The notes under the pieces: model-generated
Seen by the model: only the letters and a program-made list of their open reading frames with translations
What the model was told of the DNA's origin: nothing
Databases searched by the model: none
Source: Haliea sp.
GTDB lineage: Bacteria > Pseudomonadota > Gammaproteobacteria > Pseudomonadales > Halieaceae
Assembly (NCBI GenBank): GCA_016704305.1
Contig: JADJAL010000031.1
Span: forward strand, 148-64,147
Reading direction: 5' to 3'
DNA: 64,000 nucleotides
Translations under genes and position numbers: made by a program
Part shown: positions 33,849 to 43,469 of the stretch, piece by piece
How positions within the stretch are numbered: the stretch's first letter is position 1
How the letters are laid out: each line of letters opens with the position of its first letter

Positions 33849-33910
33849 CAGGACGGCGGTCGCAATAAACGGGGAGCCACTGGTCTACCACTTCGAGGTT
33901 ACGGCAATGA

Positions 33911-33964
33911 TCGCGTCTGTCATTGACGCGATGCAATATGCCGCCTATAGTCAGGCATATTGCA
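33911..33964. promoter_or_regulatory. Two adjacent palindromes upstream of the toxin-antitoxin operon; probable autoregulatory operator
   Basis: tcgcgtc-N7-gacgcga (33911-33931) and a perfect 11-bp inverted repeat tgcaatatgcc-N11-ggcatattgca (33932-33964). Confidence 0.6.
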
Positions 33965-33977
33965 GAGGAAAGTATCC

Positions 33978-34445
33978 ATGGGTGTCACCGCAAATTTATA
34001 CAAACCCGACCTTGAGGCGCATGAGACGGCCCTGGTTCGCGCGATGCGCCGGGTCAGCGAGATTACGGGCATGCCTATCCAGGACACCCTGGATGAGATC
34101 CGCCTGATACAAGCCGGTGTCCAGCCCGTTCTGCTGGAGAGTCTCAAGCAGTTTGGTTTCAGCCCGTCCGAGTCCCATTGGATCATCAAGCCCCGCACGC
34201 TCGCGCACAGAAAAAGCAGGAAGGAACTCCTGACGCAGGAAGAAACCGGGCGCTGGCTGCGTGCCATCAAGATTCTCGCCCTGGCCATCGAGGTGTTTGG
34301 CAACCAGGACAAGGCCAGTGAGTGGCTGCATAAATCGCGCTCCCGTTTCGGGGGGCATTCCGCGCTGGATATCATGCAAAACGAACCCGGCGCGCAACTG
34401 GTTGAGGAAACCCTGAACCAGATTGATTCCGGCTACTTTGCGTGA
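33978..34445 (+). CDS. Xre/MbcA/ParS (DUF2384) antitoxin
   Basis: AIEVFGNQDKASEWL......FGG..ALD.......G..LVEE.L.QI..GYF C-terminus. GTGA overlap with the toxin. Confidence 0.9.
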   Translation: MGVTANLYKPDLEAHETALVRAMRRVSEITGMPIQDTLDEIRLIQAGVQPVLLESLKQFGFSPSESHWIIKPRTLAHRKSRKELLTQEETGRWLRAIKILALAIEVFGNQDKASEWLHKSRSRFGGHSALDIMQNEPGAQLVEETLNQIDSGYFA

Positions 34446-34891
34446 AGTTATGGCGCGTCAGCAATTATGCTGACCTGCAAGGAGTTGGCGGCCTGAAGAC
34501 CGCCGCCCGTTGGCACAACAAAGGTATCCCGGTGGTCTATCTCGCTGAAAGTCCGGCGCTGGCGATGCTGGAAATCCTGGTGCATTTCGATATGGAGCCC
34601 GATGAGGTTCCTGACCAATACCAGCTGCTGGAAGTGGAATACGATGGCCGCAAGGGCATGTCTCGCCTGGATGAATCCGCCCTTCCCGCCAACTGGCGTG
34701 CCAATATTCCTTTGACGCGGGCATTTGGCGACAAGTGGTTGACGGGATTTTCCAGTGCGGTTTTAAGGGTGCCTTCAGTCATCGTCCCCCACAGCTACAA
34801 CTACCTTCTGAACCCCAGGCACCCTGCCGCCTCCGCGGCCCAAATAGTCGCGGTACACCAACACCCTTTTGATTCGCGCCTGGTGCAGTAG
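34442..34891 (+). CDS. RES-domain NAD+ phosphorylase toxin
   Basis: LWR, ARWH..G.PVVYLAES.ALAMLE.LVH, LRVPS.IVP...NYLLNP.HP (R, E and S residues present). Confidence 0.92.
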   Translation: MKLWRVSNYADLQGVGGLKTAARWHNKGIPVVYLAESPALAMLEILVHFDMEPDEVPDQYQLLEVEYDGRKGMSRLDESALPANWRANIPLTRAFGDKWLTGFSSAVLRVPSVIVPHSYNYLLNPRHPAASAAQIVAVHQHPFDSRLVQ

Positions 34892-34907
34892 GGGATAAGG
34901 GAGTTTT

Positions 34908-35435
34908 ATGCCTATAAAAAGCCGCATACGCACAGTCAAGGATTTCCCCAAGAAGAACATCATGTTCCGTGATGTCACGTCGCTGATCGCCGATCCGGTT
35001 GGGCTGCGATTAAGCGTGGATGATTTCGTCAGGCACTACGCCGGTACCGACTTCGATCTGGTGGTCGGCATTGATTCGCGCGGCTTCATTTTTGGCGGCG
35101 CGCTGGCGTACGCCCTGGGCAAGGGTTTCGTGCCGATCCGCAAAATGGGCAAGTTGCCAGCGGAAACCGTATCCGAATCGTATGAACTGGAATACGGCAC
35201 CGACACGCTGGAAATCCATAGGGATGCGGTTGCCCCTGGCCAGCGCGTCCTGATCATTGATGACCTGATTGCCACCGGTGGCACGGGCGTCGCGGCCGTC
35301 AACCTGGTGCGCAAGCTGGGTGGCGAGGTCGCGGGCTTTGCCGTGGTGGTGAACCTGCCCGATATCGGGGGCAGCCGCAAACTCCAGCAGCTCGGGGTGA
35401 ATGTCTACTGGCAGACGGAGTTCGAAGGCGATTGA
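34908..35435 (+). CDS. apt: Adenine phosphoribosyltransferase
   Basis: DFPKKNIMFRD, DSRGFIFG, RKMGKLP, LEYGTD, IIDDLIATGGT. Confidence 0.96.
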   Translation: MPIKSRIRTVKDFPKKNIMFRDVTSLIADPVGLRLSVDDFVRHYAGTDFDLVVGIDSRGFIFGGALAYALGKGFVPIRKMGKLPAETVSESYELEYGTDTLEIHRDAVAPGQRVLIIDDLIATGGTGVAAVNLVRKLGGEVAGFAVVVNLPDIGGSRKLQQLGVNVYWQTEFEGD

Positions 35436-35473
35436 GGTGGGGCGCGAAGCGCAGCTGGAAATTGGGAGGCGCA

Positions 35474-35945
35474 ATGAACTACTGGATATTCAAGTCAGAG
35501 CCGGATGAATTCGGCATTGATCATCTGGCGGCACAGCCGAAAAAAACCGCGCGCTGGGACGGCATTCGCAATTACCAGGCGCGCAACAATCTGCGCGATG
35601 GCGTCAAACAAGGCGATCAGGTGTTGTTTTACCACTCGAGCTGCAAACACATCGGTATCGCCGGCACCATGGAAGTGGCCAAAGCCGCCTATCCTGACCC
35701 GGCCCAGTTCGATCCCGAGAGCAACTATTTCGATCCAAAGTCCAGCCCGGAAAACCCGCGCTGGTACTGCGTGGATGTACGCCTCCTCGAAAAAGTACCC
35801 AGAGGTGATCCCGACGACAGCCCTGAAAGCCAATCCGATGACAGCCGAGTTGAGCATTTTCAAACAGGGCCGGCTCTCCATCGCCCCTGTCAGCGCGGGA
35901 CAGTGGAAAGCGGTGCAAAAGTTGGCGCCAACATCGCGCAGGTAA
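35474..35945 (+). CDS. EVE-domain protein; frameshift in the A-run near 35790
   Basis: YWIFKSEP, WDGIRNYQARN, FYHS, YPDPAQFD, PRWYCVDV. The C-terminus RLSIAPV..QW is in the shifted frame. Confidence 0.92.
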
Positions 35946-35950
35946 AGCGC

Positions 35951-35969
35951 GCAAATAAGAATCATTTGC
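35951..35969. promoter_or_regulatory. Probable Fur box
   Basis: 19-bp gcaaataagaatcatttgc with symmetric gcaaat/atttgc arms and an AGAATCATT core, about 60 bp before ATG 36028. Confidence 0.7.
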
Positions 35970-36027
35970 ATTTAAATAATGACCGCTGTACTCTCTGGGA
36001 ACTGGAATTCACCTGGAGAACAGATCC

Positions 36028-36504
36028 ATGAAGCTTCGTTTTTTATGTGCCAACCACCGCGCGTGGCTGTGCAGCCAGCCGGAGCAGGCCATGCATTGGT
36101 GCGCGAACTCCTATGAGACGGGTTGGCACCTGTGCCAACAGGAGAATTGGCAGGAAGCGCTGCCGCAGATGGGCTGCGCCTTTGAAACCGCCGAGATTCT
36201 GCTGACAACCCACGCCATTACCGCCGCCAGGGCCGTGGACTGGTTTCTGCGCACCCTGCAAGGTTTGACACAGGCGCTGGAGAAGTTGCACCGCACGGAA
36301 CAATGCCTGGACGTGTACCAGGCCGCTATCGATCGATTGAGGAACGAAGTTGCTCGCGGCATCACGCCCGACTTGGAAGCGCGGCTTTACTCCCACATCA
36401 CATATCTGAACCGCGCGCGCAAGCAGCTCGAGGCGCGCGGCCAGACACGATTTCCGCTGCATACGCTGCGCGCGGTGACACCAGGAGAAATCGTCTACCA
36501 CTGA
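36028..36504 (+). CDS. Helical hypothetical protein
   Basis: Clean ORF with ggaga RBS. MKLRFLCANHRAWL...GCAFETAEILL. Confidence 0.7.
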   Translation: MKLRFLCANHRAWLCSQPEQAMHWCANSYETGWHLCQQENWQEALPQMGCAFETAEILLTTHAITAARAVDWFLRTLQGLTQALEKLHRTEQCLDVYQAAIDRLRNEVARGITPDLEARLYSHITYLNRARKQLEARGQTRFPLHTLRAVTPGEIVYH

Positions 36505-36658
36505 TCAAAACGGAGCGTTCAGCGATGCGAGGCGTGGTCGACGAATTCGCGGATGCAGCCATCGGGGCTGGCGGCGCAGCTGTCTATGATTGCGATGCGG
36601 ACGACACCTGCGTAACGACGCCGGCGCGCACCAAAGTTCCGGACCGGTGGCGCAACGG

Positions 36659-37810
36659 CTAGTCCAAAAACCGCTCTTCACAAGGCCCCGGGTTGACCGG
36701 ATTGCAGCGCGCGACGCGACCACCCGGCAGCGTCACCTGATACTCGCTGAAGTCCGGATTGGGTACCGGATAATCGGTGCTGATGAAATGCGCGCCGCTG
36801 GCCAGCGCCGCGTCGCGTTGGGTGGTGTCGTTAGTGCGCGCCTGCACCGTGTCGGCATCGGCGCGGGTTCTCACCATGTAACCCTGCTCAACCAGTGACG
36901 CAATATCGCCGGGGTCGGACAGCGGGTCGTTGCGCTTCATGAACGCGGCTTCGGGCGTGCCAGCGGGTGAATCGGTGAACAGCACGCGGCCTTCCAGCGA
37001 GGCATGCCCGGCGATATACAGTTCGCGCGGCTCGCCGCCATTGTCGAGCGCAAACATGATTTTGCCGCGCGCCTGCGACAAGCGCGGCCAGCCCCGGGTC
37101 AGCACTGCCAGCTCCAGCGTCACCTCGTCGCCGCGCACGTCGTCGGGCACCAGCAGTTGCTCGCGCGGAAAAACACTGCGAATTTCCGCATCGATGCGAT
37201 TCAGCGCATCCAGGCCGAACGGCAGGGGGGTGACGAAGCCCAGGCTGAGCGGGTCGGGAATCGCCTCGTCCTTGGCTTCCACCAGCACCATGATGGGCAG
37301 ATGGCCGGGATGGTCATCCGACCAGGTCCTGATCTGCGTAAGACAGCTGACAAAGGTATAGCAGGTCGTTTCGAAATCGATTTCCTGCACGTGCAATACT
37401 TTCAAGCCCGGCTCGTCCAGCTCGGCAATACCCGACGCGGCGGGTTCGCCAAACAGCGTTCTGGCCGCGCGATTGGCGTAGAGCTTCCCCTGCGGATCAT
37501 CGAAAACATCGAGCTCGATCTGGCGAATGCCCTGTGCGTCGAACTGTTCCTGTAGCGGAACGTGCGTGTAATCCAGTGTCGGCGCCACGTCCGGGATGAA
37601 AGCCAGTAGCAGGTCGAACAGGTCCTGCTGTGCGCGAACGTGGTAGCTGTTGTGGCTGCCGAGGTATTGCACCTGGTTCATCTGGATATCGTCGCCGAGG
37701 ACGAGCGGGGACGAATCGGACGAGTCATTGCACCCCATTAGTAGCGATGCCAGCACGGCGGAGGTCAGTGCGAAAACCGCAGCGCGGCCTGTGAGTATCA
37801 GGTGGGACAT
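36659..37810 (-). CDS. PI-specific phospholipase C-like (PI-PLC-C1) lipoprotein
   Basis: LMGC lipobox, QYLGSHNSYH, GIRQIELDV, HVQEIDFETTC, GYMVRTRAD, SGAHFISTDYP. Confidence 0.85.
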   Translation of the reverse strand: MSHLILTGRAAVFALTSAVLASLLMGCNDSSDSSPLVLGDDIQMNQVQYLGSHNSYHVRAQQDLFDLLLAFIPDVAPTLDYTHVPLQEQFDAQGIRQIELDVFDDPQGKLYANRAARTLFGEPAASGIAELDEPGLKVLHVQEIDFETTCYTFVSCLTQIRTWSDDHPGHLPIMVLVEAKDEAIPDPLSLGFVTPLPFGLDALNRIDAEIRSVFPREQLLVPDDVRGDEVTLELAVLTRGWPRLSQARGKIMFALDNGGEPRELYIAGHASLEGRVLFTDSPAGTPEAAFMKRNDPLSDPGDIASLVEQGYMVRTRADADTVQARTNDTTQRDAALASGAHFISTDYPVPNPDFSEYQVTLPGGRVARCNPVNPGPCEERFLD

Positions 37811-37965
37811 GGCGTGCGCCTTATATTATTGGTTTTGTGCGGCAGGATGACCGAGGATGCAGCGTCGATCAATGGGCGCGGTGCGGACAAATTACGCTAC
37901 AATCCCGTGGCATCTGAACACCATCCCAACCGCAGCACCGTTCAACAACGCAGGAGTAGCTCACA

Positions 37966-38562
37966 ATGCAACAACTTCTCAGCTTACGCCGTTTGGTACT
38001 GACCGTAATTCTGCTCGCAGCCTGTGGCGTGGCCAGGGCTGACTGGGAACTCGACACCACCAGCTCGACCATCAACTTTGTGTCCGTCAAGAATGACAGC
38101 GTGGGCGAAGTGCACAGCTTCGCTTCACTGGTGGGCTTCGTCGGAGCCGAGGGCAACGCGCAGCTCAGCGTCAATCTTGAAAGCGTGCAGACGCTGATCG
38201 AAATCCGCGATCAACGCATGCGCGAAATGTTGTTTGAAACGGCGAAGTTTCCCGTCGCCACGGTAACGGCACAGCTGGACCCGAGCGTGCTGGCGATGGC
38301 TGCCGAGGGCGGAATCGTGACAACGGAGCTGCCGATTACCCTGTCGCTGCACGGAAAGGAAAAAACACTGACCGTGGCGCTGGTGATTGTCGGTGAAGGT
38401 GGTGATCGCCTGGCGGTATTCAGTGCCGCCCCGATCGTGATCAACGCCGCGGATTTTGACCTCGCGGGCGGTGTGGCAGCGCTGCAAAAGGTGGCCGGAC
38501 TGCAGGCCATCAGCACGGCCGTTCCGGTCACGCTGCAGCTGCAATTCGTGAAGGTCAAGTAA
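37966..38562 (+). CDS. YceI-family protein
   Basis: Signal peptide, WELD..SS.INFVS.K, SVQTLIEIRDQRM, LSLHG. Confidence 0.88.
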   Translation: MQQLLSLRRLVLTVILLAACGVARADWELDTTSSTINFVSVKNDSVGEVHSFASLVGFVGAEGNAQLSVNLESVQTLIEIRDQRMREMLFETAKFPVATVTAQLDPSVLAMAAEGGIVTTELPITLSLHGKEKTLTVALVIVGEGGDRLAVFSAAPIVINAADFDLAGGVAALQKVAGLQAISTAVPVTLQLQFVKVK

Positions 38563-38641
38563 GCGCCACCACAAACGCTCTCCGCGCGCGCCGCCGCCTG
38601 TTTGCGCCCGGCGCGTCGATACGCCAACCTGCGCGGAGTCC

Positions 38642-40918
38642 TCAGGGGCTCCCGCCAGAAAGACTCTGGTACAACTGCTGGTACGCGCGGTTGCCCGGGG
38701 CGATCTGCGTCAGCGTCCTGGCATAGTTGCGCGCATTCTCACGCTGGCCCAGTTCCGCGCTGTAATTCGCCAGCGCCAGCAGGATATCCTCGCTCTGCGG
38801 CGCGCTGCGCAGCACTGACTCCAGCTGCACGATAGCTTCCGCTGGCTGCCCGAGGTCGTGCAGCGCAATGCCGTACACAAAGCGATGGCGCGTTCCTTCG
38901 GTTTCCAACTCCGCGGCCTGCTTCAGGTACTTGAGCGCAGCTTCGCGCTGCCCGCTGCGTGTCTCCAGCAAGCCCAGCGCATGCAATGTATTGCCGTTGT
39001 CGGGGGCGACAGCCAGCGCTTCCAGCAGGACTGTGCGCGCCTCCTCGTCCCTGCCCTGGCCGCGCAACAGGTCGGCCAGGTTCAGGTGCGCGGGGATGAG
39101 TTGGCGATTGAGGTACAGGGCCTCCCGGTACGCCGCCTCAGCGGCTTTCGTATCCCCGCGGTTAGCGAGGAAAATACCCAGTTGCAGCTGGACGCCGGGC
39201 ATATCGGCATGCTGCTGCAGGATGCCCGCATACTCGTCAAATAATTTGCGCAGTTTTGCGGACTGCTCGGGCGGCACCTGTTCCAGCGGCACGCCGGCCA
39301 GCGACTCCGCCACCGCCATCCGCACCGACGTGATCGGATCGTCCATCAAATAGTCCAGCAACTGCAGGCGCTGTTCCAGCGGCATGAACTCCAGCGCGCG
39401 CACGGTGCTGGCGCGCAGCAGTGGATCGTCGTCATACAGTATCTGGGCCGCGGTTTGCAGCACGGCCTGGCCTCCGGCTGTGCCCAAGGCCTCCATTGCG
39501 GTGGCGCGCCAGATCGGAGCGGCGTTGGTATCGCTGGCGATCTGTACGAGTTGCGGCACCACGCGCTGGTCACCCTGGGTCATGCGCTGGAACGCGCGCG
39601 CGGGGTGGTTGCTGGTATCGCGGAACTGCACGCCCCATCGGTTCAGCGCCGCCAGCGCCCACGGCGCGTCTTTGTCCGTGTGACACATGTTGCAGGCGTT
39701 GGGGGTGCCCATGACCATGCTCAGGTCGGGACGCGGAATGCGCATGCTGTGATCGCGCCGCGCATCGACGCCCATGTAGGTCGTCTCCGGCATATGACAG
39801 TTGGCGCACAGGGCACCGGCAGAGCCCGCCTCGTGATGATGGTGTTGCGCGGTGTCATAGCGCGTCGGCACGTGGCACTGCGCGCACACGCCGTTGTCGG
39901 GTGCGCGCAGTTGCAGGCTGTGCGGTTCGTGGCAGTTACTGCACACCACGCCCGCCTGGTGCATCTTGCTCTGCACGAATGAGCCGTAGACATAATTCTC
40001 ATCGCGCACCTGGCCGTCGTGGTAGTACAGCGGCCATTGCGGCATCGCGAGGCGGTGCGTATCGAGCAGCGCCGCGCCGTAGTGGTAATCGCCCAGCGTA
40101 CCGCGGCGCGAGTGGCAACGGCCGCAAGTATCGATCTGTGCATTGGATTCAAGGGGTGTCGTGCGCTTCGCGATGTGCGCACCCTCAGCCAGCGCCCACT
40201 CACCACGTTGCGTTAACGCTGTGGGAAAACCGCCGTTCTTCGCGTCGCTGAGTTTATTCGCCTGCGCCAGCGCTGCATGCTCCTCGCCCGGACCATGGCA
40301 GGCCTCGCAGCCGACATCCAGTTCCGCGAACTTGGTATCGAACGAGCGCGTGGCGGCGGTGTAATTTTTCTTGAGGTCGGTGCTGTGGCATTCCGCGCAG
40401 CTGGTGTTCCAGTTCTGGTAACTGCCGGTCCAGTGCAGTGGATCCTTGTAATCGATCTTCTCGTCCGGATACAGGTGATACCAGCGCTGTCCGCCCTCGG
40501 CGGCGGGACGGGAATCCCATGCAATGCTCAGCGCCTGCAAGCGTCCGCGCGACAGCGGCAGCAGGTACTGTTGGAGAGGATGAACGCCGAAGACATAAGC
40601 GACTTCAAAATCCTGCATCTTGCCGTCTTCGCCGTCGGTGTTGACCATGAACTTGTCACCCTTGCGGAAGAAACGCGTGGTGATGCCGTTGTAGGTGAAA
40701 CTGGCGTCATCGAAGTTGCCGAGTACGGATTCCGGGGTGGGCAGTTGCATCGCGAGATCGTGATGCGAGCCCTGCCACAGCGCATGTTCTTCGGCGTGGC
40801 AGCCCTTGCACGACTCCGACCCGGTAAATGCATTCACTCCAGCGCCGTACAGCAACATCGCGCACAGAAGCAGTCTTCGCAGCATGTCTTGGGTACCTGT
40901 CATTGTGAGAGGGCACAC
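38642..40918 (-). CDS. Octaheme c-type cytochrome with HEAT-like and TPR C-terminus
   Basis: Eight CXXCH motifs (CKGCH, CAECH, CEACH, CGRCH, CSNCH, CAQCH, CANCH, CNMCH), a signal peptide and helical TPR-like repeats. The start may be about 40885. Confidence 0.88.
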   Translation of the reverse strand: MCPLTMTGTQDMLRRLLLCAMLLYGAGVNAFTGSESCKGCHAEEHALWQGSHHDLAMQLPTPESVLGNFDDASFTYNGITTRFFRKGDKFMVNTDGEDGKMQDFEVAYVFGVHPLQQYLLPLSRGRLQALSIAWDSRPAAEGGQRWYHLYPDEKIDYKDPLHWTGSYQNWNTSCAECHSTDLKKNYTAATRSFDTKFAELDVGCEACHGPGEEHAALAQANKLSDAKNGGFPTALTQRGEWALAEGAHIAKRTTPLESNAQIDTCGRCHSRRGTLGDYHYGAALLDTHRLAMPQWPLYYHDGQVRDENYVYGSFVQSKMHQAGVVCSNCHEPHSLQLRAPDNGVCAQCHVPTRYDTAQHHHHEAGSAGALCANCHMPETTYMGVDARRDHSMRIPRPDLSMVMGTPNACNMCHTDKDAPWALAALNRWGVQFRDTSNHPARAFQRMTQGDQRVVPQLVQIASDTNAAPIWRATAMEALGTAGGQAVLQTAAQILYDDDPLLRASTVRALEFMPLEQRLQLLDYLMDDPITSVRMAVAESLAGVPLEQVPPEQSAKLRKLFDEYAGILQQHADMPGVQLQLGIFLANRGDTKAAEAAYREALYLNRQLIPAHLNLADLLRGQGRDEEARTVLLEALAVAPDNGNTLHALGLLETRSGQREAALKYLKQAAELETEGTRHRFVYGIALHDLGQPAEAIVQLESVLRSAPQSEDILLALANYSAELGQRENARNYARTLTQIAPGNRAYQQLYQSLSGGSP

Positions 40919-41033
40919 ATTAGCAGCCGCGCCACAGTATGGACAGTATTCGGCACGCTACCTATGATGGACTTCGGTTGCGACAACGCTGGTCGCATGC
41001 GTCGCGATCAAGGGCATAAGGGGCGGACGGGTA

Positions 41034-41744
41034 ATGAAACTTGGCATACTGAAAACCGACACGGTGCGACCCGAGTGGGTGCCAACCTACGGCGAGTATC
41101 CGGACATGTTCATGGCGCTGCTGCGCCAGGCCGACCCCACGCTGGAGTTCGCCGTCTACGACGTGGAGCACGAGCAATACCCGGCGGATATCGACGAGGT
41201 CGACGCCTACCTGATCACCGGCAGCAAATCCGGCGTGTACGAGGACAAGCCGTGGATCAAGAAACTGATGGCCTTCGTGCGCGAACTGCACCAGCGGCGC
41301 AAGAAACTGATCGGCATTTGCTTCGGCCACCAGGTCGTGGCGCAGGCACTGGGCGGCCGCGTCGAGAAATCGCCCAAGGGTTGGGGCGTGGGCCTGCATA
41401 CCCATCGCTTCCACACCGCGCCCGACTGGCACGATCAGGATGATCTGGAGCTGGATATCCTGGTCAGCCACCAGGACCAGGTGCTGGAGCTGGCCGATGA
41501 CATGCAGGTGCTGGCCGGCAGCGAATTTTGCGAGAACGCGGTCTGCCAGGTGGGCGATCACATCCTGACGTTCCAGGGCCACCCGGAGTTTGTACCTGGC
41601 TACGCCAACGAGATCATGGTGCTGCGCCGGGATCTACTCGGTGAAGAGGTCTACGCCAAGGGTATGACGTCGATCAGCGGGACGCACCAGGGTGTGCGGG
41701 TGGCGCGCTGGATACTCAACTTCCTGCGTGATGGCGGGGCGTGA
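41034..41744 (+). CDS. Type 1 glutamine amidotransferase (GMP-synthase-like)
   Basis: ITGS, GICFGHQ, QGHPEF catalytic triad. Confidence 0.9.
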   Translation: MKLGILKTDTVRPEWVPTYGEYPDMFMALLRQADPTLEFAVYDVEHEQYPADIDEVDAYLITGSKSGVYEDKPWIKKLMAFVRELHQRRKKLIGICFGHQVVAQALGGRVEKSPKGWGVGLHTHRFHTAPDWHDQDDLELDILVSHQDQVLELADDMQVLAGSEFCENAVCQVGDHILTFQGHPEFVPGYANEIMVLRRDLLGEEVYAKGMTSISGTHQGVRVARWILNFLRDGGA

Positions 41745-41869
41745 ACCTGGGAGGATCGCGTTCAGGAATCCAGCTCAATACTACATCGGGATGCCCTATC
41801 AGTAGAAATGAGTGAGCTACGGCTTTAGATACTCCCCAAGCTTGTATTTTGCCTACAGGGAATTCGAAG

Positions 41870-42718
41870 ATGGGAGCGTTGTACGACACGATCGGGAAAG
41901 AGTATTCGGTTGGAAGGCGAACCGACCCAAAAATCGCCGCACATATTTCTCGATTCCTGGCGGGAGCTGCATCCATTTTGAATATCGGAGCCGGCACTGG
42001 CTCATACGAAACTGGCGATGCCAATTTAATTGCGGTTGAGCCTTCAAGGATGATGATAAATCAACGCTCCTCAGGTGCTTACCCTGTAGCACAGGCCTCT
42101 GCTGAATCTCTGCCTTTTAAGGATGGGGCGTTCACTCACTCGATGACAGTATTGTCAATGCATCATTGGAGTAACCGAACAGAAGCTTTTAAAGAGATTA
42201 AGCGTGTAACAACGCAAAGATTTGTCGCGGTAACTTGGAACCCTGCTTCAAAACCCTATTGGCTAAGTGCTGACTATTTTCCTGAAATCCATCATGTGGA
42301 CCAAGCAATATTCCCATCGCTACAAGAGCTGACGATAGCTTTTCCTGGCATGAAATTTCACTCACTCCCGATACCCTCAGATTGTATTGATGGCTTCACA
42401 GCAGCATATTGGGCCAAGCCACAGGCGTATCTCGACCCAATTGCGAGACAGTCGATGTCCACATTTACGAAAATTGGAAATGTTGAATCCGGCTTGTCCA
42501 AACTGGAAAGTGATTTGAAATCAGGCATCTGGGAAAACAGATACGCGGAAGTTACAGGGCTGATGGAGTTGGATGTTGGCTATAAAGTGGCTGTTTGGGA
42601 TGCGCCGAACGTTGTTTTGAAACTGCGCGATGAATCCACGCCAGGCTGCGCAAAGACACCCTGGCCTGGCGCCACTACCGGAGCCTCCACCCGAAGCCCC
42701 TGCGCCGCAGGCCCGTGA
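41870..42718 (+). CDS. Class I SAM methyltransferase in an AT-richer islet
   Basis: YDTIG..YS..RRTDP.IA, LNIGAGTGSYE, AESLPF, SMHHW, DGF..AYW.KP..YLD. Confidence 0.88.
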   Translation: MGALYDTIGKEYSVGRRTDPKIAAHISRFLAGAASILNIGAGTGSYETGDANLIAVEPSRMMINQRSSGAYPVAQASAESLPFKDGAFTHSMTVLSMHHWSNRTEAFKEIKRVTTQRFVAVTWNPASKPYWLSADYFPEIHHVDQAIFPSLQELTIAFPGMKFHSLPIPSDCIDGFTAAYWAKPQAYLDPIARQSMSTFTKIGNVESGLSKLESDLKSGIWENRYAEVTGLMELDVGYKVAVWDAPNVVLKLRDESTPGCAKTPWPGATTGASTRSPCAAGP

Positions 42719-43346
42719 TCGTGAGAAGGCCGATTGCGAAAAGCGCAGCTGTATTCGGTTCAGGTACCTGATAGAACCAACCGCCAGCGGAGTTGGTGCC
42801 AATATTTTTCCAGTCGCTCCTGTTCAGGCTGGCCTTGTCATTGCGAATCGTTCCCTGGGTGGCGAGTATGACCGCTTCGTCGTAGTCGATCATTCTGCCA
42901 TTCACATACTTGAATCCATAATCGGTGGACAGCGCGCCATTGGTATAGCGCTGTCCCTGCATAAAAAATGCAGTACTCCGCCAGCCATCTTCGAAGAAGG
43001 CGGGTGCCCACGTTGAATAGGCTTTCTCGACGGAGATATCCGCTATCGGAGCGCCTATGTAGTGTGTGAACAGGGCCTGCATGTCGCTCTCGGAAGCCCA
43101 GCGCCAGTCGGCCATGTCATACCCGTTGAGTTGCCCGCTGCGGCAAACACCTGCCGGGCACACCTGGTTCATGTCATTCCAGGAGAGAGTGCGGAAGAGA
43201 TCGACCTGCGCCCAGGTCTGCCCGTTCACCAGCACCACATCTGTAATCGGAATGGCTGTGGCGTTGGCGAGGGGCCACATAGCCACCACAAGTGCAATGG
43301 CGATGCTGCGGAAATTGCATGATGTCGAGAGGCGGAAGCAGTACAT
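42675..43346 (-). CDS. PEP-CTERM sorting-domain protein
   Basis: Signal peptide; C-terminal VPEPNTAALFAIGLLTITGLRRR. Confidence 0.88.
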   Translation of the reverse strand: MYCFRLSTSCNFRSIAIALVVAMWPLANATAIPITDVVLVNGQTWAQVDLFRTLSWNDMNQVCPAGVCRSGQLNGYDMADWRWASESDMQALFTHYIGAPIADISVEKAYSTWAPAFFEDGWRSTAFFMQGQRYTNGALSTDYGFKYVNGRMIDYDEAVILATQGTIRNDKASLNRSDWKNIGTNSAGGWFYQVPEPNTAALFAIGLLTITGLRRRGFGWRLR

Positions 43347-43469
43347 TGCGCAGAACTCCTTGTTTCTTATTGTGGCAGTCGTGCAGTTGCCAGTGGTTGG
43401 CAGGGTTTCAGTGAGTCGAATGAAGCCGTACGCGGGGCTCCTTGAGTATAGACGGTATTGGAGTGTGTA

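Noticed and set aside
41755-42640. Integron cassette boundaries around the AT-rich methyltransferase
   Set aside because: Only imperfect look-alikes were seen (ctttagat upstream, gccgaac downstream). There is no attC hairpin and no integrase.
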